This document shows positions 48,901 through 60,000 of a DNA stretch of 64,000 bases, one piece after another. The position numbers and the translations under genes are program-made. Within the stretch, counting starts at the first letter, position 1. Each line of letters opens with the position of its first letter. Source of the DNA: Takakia lepidozioides (Eukaryota > Plantae > Bryophyta); NCBI GenBank assembly GCA_030704615.1, contig CM060733.1, positions 8,618,001 to 8,682,000 on the forward strand, read 5' to 3'. The notes beneath the pieces are model-generated. The model did no database searches and was not told the origin of the DNA. It saw only the letters and a program-made list of their open reading frames with translations.

Positions 48901-51900
48901 TATTGCAAAAAATCAACATACCCAGGAGCAAATGGTTGCACATCATCATAAATGGGACCTCCCATATGTGACGGCCACACAGGTTCCGGCTCCACATGCC
49001 GAAGTCTGCCAATAATGCATCAGTGTTTCTCCTACATATGAGTAGATAGATTCCCGCTGCTAACGCTGAACATCAGTATCACAATATTCACTTCTTCCAT
49101 GTTGTGCCCAGCATATGACTTCAATCCACAATCCATTATCGCATGACTGGAGCACTTGTAGATCTATAAATACCCAGCAAGAAATAAAAATAACCTACTA
49201 GAGCTTCACAGAGTGAAACTGAGTAACCACTCAAGCTAGAACTATGAGAGGCAGGAAGACAGATGTACCTACACCATGCCTGCTGTAACAATATGCCCAT
49301 AGACCCAGAGAAAGAGAGTAAGAAACTTACTAAACTGTGCTGTCCATAGCCACATGGCCAGAAATGAGTGTGACAGAGACAGACACAGAGGATGCAATGG
49401 CATGCGTCATCCTGCACAAAGTCTCCAGGAAGGTTTGCATCTTGACCCCAGAAACGAAGCTAAGGAGCTCTTTCAGGGAATTGGTCATCACTCGTTCGGC
49501 TCTTTACACATGCCTAATGGAGGATTTTGGGATCCTGCTCCTTTCCTCTTGGCAAACAAAATCAAAAGCAGTGACGAGCTGCTACACTCCCCAACAAACA
49601 CAAAAGCACACATGAAATGTCAAGGAATGGAAACTCACAGTGGAGAAGAAATCGTGCTGGTGGTGTTGACTTTTTCAGTAGGTGGCGAAAGCTTTGATAA
49701 AATACAAGAAGATATGACTTTGACCAAGCCCTCAAGATTCTTGTACTGCTGAGCATAGTTGGCACAATCACCATCGACTGCATAGTCGCTGACCCTACAC
49801 CCATTCAACCCCAGGTCACGTCTCCATGTCAACCTATGTAGAAGTGCTGAACTACCCAATGAAAATTGGCAGAACTCAGGATTGTTAAGAATACAATCAC
49901 TATCTCAAGGAAGATCAGAAAGACTGAGTGTCCCACACGAATACAGCTAAAAGACTGTCACAACTTGGCATGGGAATCAGCAAAAAACTGGCAAACAAAT
50001 TTAGAAACAGTTTAATGCCTACTCAAGTGGGATCCACAGGATGCTGCAAATGTGCTGCTATCAAACATGTACGCGGTGGCTGGCCTCCTAACGATTAACA
50101 AGCTTATATGGGGCCAAACATGAACCATTGCAAGTACATCACATTGCAGAAGGTCCAGAGTTCAAATGAGTTTTGAAGCCATCCTAACAGTGATTGTTGT
50201 GAATCAGCACCTAAATAAGTGTTTCTTCAAACAAGGAGGGAGAGAGAAAATTACTTGAGCTCCAAGTGGAGAGGAGTCTCAGCGTCATCCCCAGCAGCAT
50301 CTACCATGAGAGTCTCACCCATAGCCATGCACTTCACAGTGACTGATTTGCAAAGCCCTGGCTGGTCGCCACCACTGTATCGGAAGGCATATGCACCATC
50401 CATGTCATTCCACCCCTCAAGCCCAACCTCACGTTCCTCCACTCCCTCTGCAGCATCACCAGAGACAAAACTTGGTCAAGGAGAGAGAGGACTCTGGTTT
50501 TAGTTAGCCAGGTCGATTGCAGAATTTCATAGTGAGAGCAACACGGGAGGATAAACCGTTGCTGGTCAAAAAGAAAACTGCAGTGTGCGCCCTTCCTCAG
50601 TCCGTAGATCAGTGATGTTAAACCAGTAAGTGATCTCATCATGACAAAATCCAGAGCCTTTCTTACTTTTGGCTCCTGGACGGTCTGGCAAAAGCAACAG
50701 GCCAAAGTTGCATGTGGGGTAACAAACAGAATGTGAGACGAACTCGTTCAAGAATGTTCAGTACTCAAGATGGACCCTTGAACGTGTAGTTTAATAGTGA
50801 GCTACTGTCCACTTCTTCAGATGTGTGACCTATCAACATATAGCTTCAATCTGCATCAATGGTACTTTGAAAAGATGTAAACATTCACCTCCAATAATCC
50901 ACCCCATTAAACAGTTCTTTGGTTCCAATCACAGAAAAACTGGATCTAACCCAGCTACAGTTCAAATTTTGCTTTGGAATTTTGCCACAACATGCTTTAG
51001 GTGTCACATAATGGGAATCTGGATGGGGTCTTGTGAGGAATTCTAGTCCCAAAGCTGCATCAACCAACTTCATAACCATTCACCAACTGGCTGTAGAAAC
51101 CAGGGACAGACGAGGGTTTTCATAACTGGGGCTGATCAAAGGACGGCTCATTACAATTGCTTGTTGCAGCCTTTCTGCACACCTGACTGGTATGGTCCAG
51201 AAAAGAGGTGCTGGGGGGGAGACCGCATGCAGACTGGGAGAGCATAAGGGGGGCAAAAGGCTAGCTACAGCACTGGAAGGTACTTTTGCACGTAAGTTGA
51301 GGGAGAGGGAGGTAGTTACCCAATCCTAGCAGAGGTTAGTACTCCAAGGGAACCAATCAATAACCACAAATTCCCCTTCAAATTTCAGGCCGGCGTTACA
51401 ATCACAGCCGAGTAGAAATTGCCACTGGACTTAGTCAAATGAGAATCTTCCCATCACAGACTTGCATCTCAAGTCAAGTTTCTTGACTCTTTCTGCTGAA
51501 AAATGCCAGGTTCTAGTTTTGAAAAGAGCTTGGACACAAATACCTTCCATCCACCCTAGGAGCAGATCCTTAACCCAGCTACATTTGTGGCTGATCAATA
51601 TCAAGGATAACATTATCTGAACACCTGCGACAACTGGACAGTGGGCCTCCCTTGGAAATTATCAAGAGGGAATTGCTTTGAAAAACGTGAAGTCACCAAT
51701 TCAAATTGCTGCACGTAAGGATCTTCACCCTAAAGACCTGGTCAATGTCTAGTGCAAAACTTGTGCCTCTGAATTTAGGTTCATGGACGCCCACAGGCCT
51801 AGCAACCACGCACCTTAAAGCCTAAAATCTCAACAAACAAGCTCCTCTGATTCCAACTTGAAAGTTGGAAGACAAGGTCTGGGGCGAGCCATAAGAAACT

Positions 51901-52238
51901 GTCACAGCAACACGGCCAACCCTGTTCAGGAATTCAACAAAGCACTTCCTCTTCACAACTGGAATTAAAGTGCCATTCGAATGTATATTGATCATAAAGA
52001 CATGCAGACACATAGAAACAGCGGTTGGGAGAAATCCCAACAATCTAGCAAATTCCGGTTGTGATCCGATCAAAAACATACCCTTGGCACTCGAATTCGC
52101 ACTCGAGCCAGTGGCAGCAAGGGAGTACCCGGCCGCCAGGAATGCGGCATGCACTGCAAAGGCTACCCGCTCGGTGGCAGTCTTGATATTAGGGCGCGCT
52201 GCCCTGATCACCCCCAGCACCGCCCCTGCTGTTGCCAT
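45494..52238 (-). CDS. PI31: Proteasome regulator PI31 (PSMF1/PTRE1-like), multi-exon
   Basis: Exon 52238-52082 (MATAGAVLGVIRAARP...AFAVHAAFLAAGY) and exon 50447-50255 (VGLEGWN..DGAYAFRY), then exons for GRGDLLPPPGAG, GMLLGPTDPRW, PGARFDPFGPP and terminal HPDLEHFSPDF. Confidence 0.9.
47755..48897 (+). repeat. Intronic tandem duplications containing five full or partial copies of the (GA)n-associated RTE-end-like element
   Basis: GAGAGAATGTACTCATAAGACGTTGTTTGCC.TAGCCTTGTGGCC variants near 47755, 48148, 48250, 48608 and 48830. Downstream blocks 48330-48450 and 48690-48812 are nearly identical. Confidence 0.85.
50016..50084 (+). pseudogene. Short PPR E1/E2 junction fragment inside a PI31 intron
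   Basis: Translates CLLKWDPQDAANVLLSNMYAVAG, versus CLLKLDPQDPATYVLLSNIYASTG at ~43737-43810. Confidence 0.7.
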
Positions 52239-53352
52239 CTCTCTCTCCTCCTCCTCCTCTTCCCCTCTCCACGCTAAGTACGCTGTCGCCTTGTTCCCTC
52301 TCTCTCTCTCAAGAAGTTGTCGGTGCTCTTTTTGTAAAGTAGGCAGAGAAGCGACGACAGGAATGATGGATGATACTAGGTAGTACCAGTGCTTTTTTTT
52401 TTTCATATTTCCAAAATCGCTGGCGGGGCCAACCTGTGAATTTCACCCAGTGCCCAGAATATCGAGATGACAAAGTTAGAAAAGTGGCCATATTCCGGGT
52501 GTCGCGTAATTATTGGTCCACATCGGCAAGATTAGGCTCCTGAAATTTATCTCCTGTTGCTTTTCGGCGAAAATCTCGAATTTTACCCCCCATAATTCGT
52601 TTGTACAGTAGCTGACCAAGTTTCCAGGTCGAAATCTGGCGATTTTTCACCAGAAAGAAAAGGCCTCTCATTTTACAATAATTGGGACGTTATGGCGCAC
52701 GCGCGAGCTGACCGGTGGGCCCCGCGCACGGACACCCCTGCTCCCCCATCCCCGCCTGCCGCTGCGCGTAGTCACCCAGCTGCTACCGCGGCCCCACCAG
52801 CCGCGCACGCGCTCCACCACGCCTGCAGTCCGGCGCGGCCAGTCCGCCCGCCAGTCCGCTGCCCGTGAGTCTAGTTCCCCTCAGTCCGCCAAACCGCCAG
52901 TCTGCCGGCCAATCTATTGTGCACGCCAGTCCGCTGTGCCAGTCCCCGCAAGTCCACCCAACAGTCCGTTGTGCCCGTCTGTTGCCCCCCAGTCTACCAG
53001 TATGTCAGTCCGCGCCGGCCGAAGGATCTGGATCGTCCATTCTGAGAAACCCATCTGCGCCATCCATGCCAGTCCGTTGTGCCAGTCCCGGCCAGTCTAC
53101 CCGCCAGTCCGCCACCCATGAGTCCGCTTTCCTCCAGTCCACTGATGATGCCGCATCTAGACTGTCCGTTCGTAAATGCCATCTGAGCCCTCCATTTTTA
53201 GGGCATGAATTCAAACCTTATCCCTGCCGCCTGCCACTTGCCAGCAGCCGCGAACGTGCGCACTGATGCTCTTGCACGTTGTCCATCGTGTCCAGTGTAC
53301 TGCGGTGCGTTTCTTGCAGGTTCTGAAGCGTATCATCTGTACTGTACAGGGC

Positions 53353-56300
53353 ATGGACGTGGAAGCAGAAGGTGATGATATACTAAAAACGGGATGCTGG
53401 ATTATACGGCCTCTTCAACAAAGTTTGCAAACACCCAAACCAAGACCCTTCAACACGAAGGACCTCCAATGGAAGAGAGACACGCAATATGGTTATATGG
53501 GTGCCAGACAGAATGTTCAGAATGCCTGCATACCGTGGGATAGAGTTGATGGAGAGGAGAGTTTGGTGGACTACCCCACTCAGTTTTGGGTGAATGTCCA
53601 TACTAAAGTGCAACCCGGCATGCTAAAAGAGTCGAGAGCCAACAATTTTCTGAACAGTATCATGTGTGCACCATCCTCATCGTCCTTTTGTAGTCTGATT
53701 GCATGTCTGTTGCCGTTTTTCGTACCCACGTTTTGTGATTTCATGCTTCCAGAAGTTGATGGATATCCATTGTGATTTTTATGTCCAGGTATCAATGCTG
53801 CTACGGTCCAGATGACAAGCGCACCAACAATGCGATAGTGGAGGATCCCAAACTGAAACGTGGAGGACCTCTTGTGGGTACTGGAACATCTCACCCTCAT
53901 AAAGGCCCAAGGAGAAAAAAGTTGGAATATGGAGAGTCGTACAAGCGTGGTTGCCAATGCTGTTTCAAGGTCCAGCAATGCTATCTCGCCCCCGACATTT
54001 GTGTCCTCACGTACTACAACAATAGCATACAGACGCGAAAGGAAACGCCTGTCATGGGAAGTCCGTTGAGTTCAGGAACACTCGTCACGCTTATGCACCA
54101 CACATTAGCGAGGAATTGAAAGCATGGGTCATGGAGTGTCTGTGCCGAGGCCTGTCAGTCACCCAAATCATGATGGAACATAAAGAGCACGTCATGAACA
54201 ACACCTGGGTTGGGGGATGCATGGACACATGACGATTTTTTGCTGGAGCAAGATGTGCGCAACCTGGCCGAGAAACGGGTGTGGCAAACGTTCAAAAAAC
54301 ATGCCAACGATGCGGAGAGTGTCCACATGTGGAAAGACCAGAACCCGAAATCGGTCTTCTTCTATCAAGAGCAGAAATTGGCGCCAACATTCAAGCACTA
54401 CGATGGCGACTTAACATTCACAATCGGCATACAGACTGAGTGGCAGAAGAAGCAAATGCTTCAATTAGGCCATGCCCGTATCGTTGCATGCGATGCAACC
54501 TTTGGGACAAATCACCACAAGGTACTCTTCATCTCTTTCACAATTTATCCACTTGCAGAAGTAGTGGATGTACGCACATTGGCAACATCTGACATTCTAC
54601 ATTTGAACAGTTCCCATTGTACACGTTGATGGTCTTCGACGAGTGGCTTAACGGTATACCAGTTGCGTACATCATATGCGCGCGTGAGCGGACAACAGAC
54701 CTGGTGCCGTGGATGGCAGCCTTGTGGGACTCTCTCCTCGCAAAAATGCCGGACTGGCGACCCAATGCCTTCATTGTGGACGATGCAAACGCCGAAATAA
54801 ACGCCATTACGTAAGTTTCACGTACCATCTTGTACACTCGCGTACAAGTCCGTCGCCTGCGTCCATTGTCTATCTCTTCGGCAAGTCCCCTGCCATACAA
54901 CGCAGTCCTGGCTGCAAGTCCGGCCCATTCATTTCTGCAAGTCTGCTGGCAAACCAGTCCGCTGATAATGTCCTCTAGCAACGTCCGTTGGAAGACTCAC
55001 TTGCGCAAATATGCTGCAAAGTCAGTCTGCTCAGGTGTGCTGCCAGCAAAGTCTGGGTAAGTTTGCTGCCGGTCTCCTAAGGGCAAGTCCGCTGGCAGGC
55101 CAGTCCGCCGGAGGGGACTGTTCGCAAGCAGTCCGCTGCAAGACTCACGTGCACCAGTCTGCTGCGACCTCAGTTTGGTCTAGCAAGTCCGCTGGCAGGG
55201 AGGTCCGCCGAAGGGGACTTTTCGCAAGCAGTCCGCTGCAAGACTCACATGCACCAGTCTGCTACGACCTCAGTCTGGTCCAGCAAGTCCGCTGGCAGGC
55301 AGGTCCACCGAAGGGGACTATTTGCAAGCAGTCCGCTGCAAGACTCACGTGTGCCAGTCTGCTGCGACCTCAGTCTGGTCGAGCAAGTCCGCTAGCAGGC
55401 GAGTCCGCCGGAGGGGACTGTTTGCAAGCAGTCTGCTGCAAGACTCACGTGCGCCAGTCTGCTGCAACCTCACTCTGGTCCGCTGGTAGGCGAGTCCGCT
55501 AGAGATGACTGTTCGGAAGTCTGCTGGCAACCCAGTCCGCTCGGGATGCCCTGTGGCCAAGTCCGTTGCAAGACTCACTTACGTAAGTCCACTGCGAGGT
55601 CAGCGTGGTCAGGTCTGCTGGCGGTGTTGTGAGGGCAACACTCATGGCAGGTCAGAGTGGGCGAGTCTGCTGCCTGAATCCGTTGGGAAAGTCCACTGGA
55701 ACAGACAGGCAGACCAGTCAACTAGAGAGTCTGCTGGGTTTGTGCCCAAGTCCACCGGCAAAGTCCTCTTTGAAGTCTCTCATATGGGCATGTGTACTTT
55801 GCAGGGCTGTTTTTCGAGGAGTGCTCATTTTCCTGTGCCTTTGGCATGTCCGGCGGGTTTGGGTGAAGCAATCATGCGCGGAAACCAAAGATCATATCAC
55901 TGCCGCAAACTTGCTGAAAGATATGGGAGACCTTATGTATTGTAGAGGTGGACCAAACAATCCTAAAGAAGGTCTTGCATGGGTAGCAACAACGTTCCGA
56001 CGCATGAGAAAGAAATATCCAAATGGGCATGAATTTCTGGACTACATCGATAAGGAATGGCGTCCTAAAATAGCAATGTGGTGTACAGCAGCTCGTTATA
56101 TTCCGCATGCCAGTCAAGACACAAACGCTAGCATTGAGGCATACCATGGAAACTTGAAGGCAAGACTGAGGATGGGGAAAGACAAAATGACTGGGCGTAG
56201 AGTGGATTGGCTCATATGGGAACTCATAGGCCGTGTGCTAACACACTACTGGTTTGCAATTCACCTGAAGACGCACGGATTCATAAGGAATGACAAATAG

Positions 56301-56640
56301 GAGAAGTACATGTCCAGTTCTGTGCTTGTGGCACGCGATATCCCAGCTTGCAATGTCACTCTTCCGTTCCATCCTGGGCAACCAGCCTATGTTCTAAGCA
56401 CCAATCACCCAAACACAATTTACATTGTTTACAACCCCGGATGCGAATGGGCTTCTTGCACTTGGCCATGGGCAATGAAGGGCAATTTGTGCAAGCATCA
56501 AGTCCGAGTCCTGAAGTTGCTTCATCCACACTTGCAGGATGGACTCATAGTGCGCGCTTGTGGCACGGCGCTGGGAACCATTCATGGAGGATTGCATAAT
56601 GTGTTTAGGATTCATGCAAGTGGCGGCGATGAAGTCATCT
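53353..56640 (+). pseudogene. MULE transposase with SWIM domain, decayed
   Basis: ESYKRGCQC (WRKY-like), CDATFGTN (D), FIVDDANAE (D), LCLWHV, DTNASIEAYH (E), SWIM SCTWPW...LCKHQ. Frameshift near 54020 and TAG at 56298-56300. Confidence 0.85.
55083..55500 (+). repeat. ~100 bp tandem repeat (at least 4 copies) in a transposase intron
   Basis: GCAAGTCCGCT(G/A)GCAGG...AGGGGACT...GCAAGACTCAC units near 55083, 55182, 55282 and 55383. Confidence 0.9.
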
Positions 56641-56708
56641 AAAAATTCTCGAAAGATGTCATTCATCATGTGTTGAAAAATTGTTGGAGCATTTGTAAGA
56701 CCGAAAGG
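56628..56708 (-). mobile_element. Tiny Ty3/gypsy reverse-transcriptase fragment
   Basis: PFGLTNAPTIFQHMMNDIFREFLDDFI, the canonical gypsy RT motif preceding YxDD. Confidence 0.8.
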
Positions 56709-57051
56709 GCTTGTGAGCAGACAGAGGGCAATGTCGCCAGACTGACGAGAGTCCGACAGACTGAGGCATACCCTCTTCCCGTACGCAGTCTGCTGACTCT
56801 CGGTTGTTTGTTGACCAGTGGACTCCCTTGGTATGTTAAACAAAATGATTGTGTGTGCAGGGGTAAGTCCGCTTAACAACATGCAGTGAATTGGTCACAA
56901 GTCTACAGCGACTACTCCACACTGCACTCATATGCGACCAATAGGATGTGTATGCAAAGTCATCTTTCATTTCGTTGCAAATGCTCAAAAGCATGCTTAC
57001 ATGACAAATGCGTCCTATGGTGCACCTCTAATCTCGGGCCCAGATGGATAT

Positions 57052-60000
57052 CTATGAGGATATTGCTTTCTCAGCAGCGGTCAAACCAGTCAAGATGTAC
57101 TTAAGACATTGCATCCCACTAGAGGAAAAACGCGGAATAACCACTTTGTTAACCACTCATTTTGAGTGGTAAAAGACACTAAACCACTATGGCCCCAGAG
57201 TGATGAAGAACCAGTGCATTAGGACAAATGAGTAGTAAAAGACATTACTTGGCACCGGTGGTAAGGACAGTGGTCCGAACCACTCACGTCCAGGTCCACC
57301 TGTTAGCTGACGTGTCACTGAGGTAAACCAACCACTTATGACGTGTCACAGTGGTAAACTGACGTGTCATAGTGGTAAAGTAACCACTTCCGTTTTGTAG
57401 TGGAGACGTGTAAGCCGGTGGTCTGTGGATGATATTGGAGATTATGTCGACACGTGGCAACACTCTCAGCATGGACACGTGTCGTGTGTCAGTGCTACGG
57501 AATGGATGGAGTGACAAATTCAATGACTTCCGAAACCACTTGTTGAGTGACCACAAAATGACTCATAGAGTCATTCTATGAAAACTGAGAATATCCAATA
57601 TCACTCACAGAGTGGTTATGTGAGTGGATGAAGTCTCTCAGCAGGTCATTGGAATGATTACCCACATAGTGGTGTGTAAGCTATTTGAGTCATTCATGGT
57701 GTCTCTCTGAGTGGGAACTATGGATTGGAGTCATTACTAACAGAGTGGTGTGTAAGTGATTAGGAATACCACTGGAGGAATTCATACCACTAGTACAGTA
57801 ATATATATGTGACTACTTATACCACTATACAAATGGTAATGTAGGCAATTGTGTGCATTTGGCTATTCCCACAGTTTTAAATTATACCACTATTACAGTG
57901 ATGTGCAAGTGATTATGAACATGACTAGAGGAACACATCCAACTAGTGTAGTGTTTAAAGAAGTACCATTGGGGATTCAAGCTCCACAAAATAGAATAGA
58001 ATCCTAGAGAGTTAAGTGCTGGAACATTGTCAACAAAATCCAGCCATGATAAAAGCACTAAGCCTAACTTCTACACGGCGTCTCCGCATGCATGCTAGGA
58101 ACACTGAACTGCTTTCATGCCTTCTTCTCACTGCCAGCAATGTCTATGCCCGGGCGAACGAAATCTAAGCCCTCTTCAGTTCTTCTCTAGCCAAAGACAA
58201 TTCAGACCAACGACATCCTCCAACATTGTTTGCGGTGGGACCTCTTCCTCGTTAGGGTGAGGCAAGACACAATTGGTTGAAACCACTTCCAACCACTCCA
58301 TATGATGCCACCGTGGCATTTCATCGGAATTAACCACTGACCAGTGGTTACCATTACTTGGAGTGATTTATAGAGTGATAAAAGACAAGAGTGGTTAAGG
58401 GGGCCAGTGGTTATTCCGTGTTTTTCTTCTAGGATCCGTTGGCCAAGTGCAAACTTGAACGTAAACCAGTGTTTTGTGAAAGGTACTCCTCTCTCTGCCC
58501 TTTTAGAAGAGGTTTGACTATGCCCAGTTTGTAGCCATTCATAATATCCTTGGATGAAGGACATGACGTAAAACCCGCATTCCCAGCTGAATGGCTGTTG
58601 GGGCACTTCAGGCTGGTTGAATTGAAATGCCCTAACCTCCTCCCAACCCGGTGAATCAACACTGTAGCCTAAACACTCCGCATGCAGCTTCCGTATCCAT
58701 GACAAAACATATGGGCAACCATGCAAAGACTCAATGGAGTTCATGTGAGTGTAGCAACCTTTCCGCACGTCGATGACAACAACACTCCACTGCCCCCTGC
58801 AAGACGTCTCATGGGTCTCACGGCAGCAGTCCTCTCAGCAGACCACTCCAACTGCCTCTCCAGCAGACTCTACAGACTTGCAAGTAGGCTGGGTCCTGGT
58901 CCTAGTACACTCAGCCGACTCAGCAGAGTCACAACTCAGCAGACTCAGAAGACTCATCACTCAGCAGACTCGGCAGATCGAGCAGACTGTCCTCATTCAA
59001 AAGACTGGGCAGATTTGCCAGACTGAGCAGATTGAACGGACTCAACCAGCAAGAGGCAGGTGTGAACGGAGTGACGTCATTCAAAAGACTAGCCCGACAG
59101 AACAGACTGGGAATGCGAGATCTTACTCCTCCACAATCGGAACGATTATATGATGGCAGTCTTTTATGTCTTTGCCGAGCCGAGGGACGCTCCAGCAAGA
59201 ATGCAGATTCTCCACTAGCCTTTCCCGTGGCCCATCCCAATATGTCATTATCCGAGACCACGTTGAGGTTGGCAGAAGAGCAACAGTACTTGAGTACTTG
59301 TCCTCAACCGTCTTCTCATAGAAACGACACCACAGCTCCAACATTCTATCTGTGCACTCCGACTCCACCGTCTCAAGTGGCTTCAAGTCCGGAGGCCCGA
59401 TGGAGCACTCATACCGGGGGTCGCCTTTATAAAAGTGAACCATGCAATTGCCGGCCGCAACATTCCGTCGCAGGGCCACGGTAAAACGAGAACCTAACCT
59501 GCACACAGACCACGGCCTTGTGTGAAAACCCATGTACGCAATGGTCTGAGCGGACTGACTCCATTCAACAGACTGCCCATATCGAGCGGACTGAGCAGAC
59601 TCACACTTCTGAACAGACTATAGTGACCAGACTCAACAGACTGGGAGGACTACTCACTGGTGCATTTGTCGCTGAAGAACCACTTCTTTGTCCATATCCA
59701 ATGCCATTTTGCGGTCCTTGTTCATGAAGACAGCGGACTTGCCTTTCTTCGCAGGTTTCTTGGCAACAGGACCCTCCCGAACTTCCTGAGTCTGCCCTCC
59801 ACGACAGTCCGCTTCTTCGCTCTACTTGTGCCCAGGGATTCGGCGACTACTGTGGCCGGGTTCGATTCAGCAGACTGACGAAGTGATGCGGTCCTGCTTT
59901 GCAACACGACTGTGTCTGCAGGCTTGTTCACACTTGCAGGACCTGTATTGGCAGCCTCACGGGTCGCATGCGTTGAACTAATCCGTGCATCTATTGGCGT

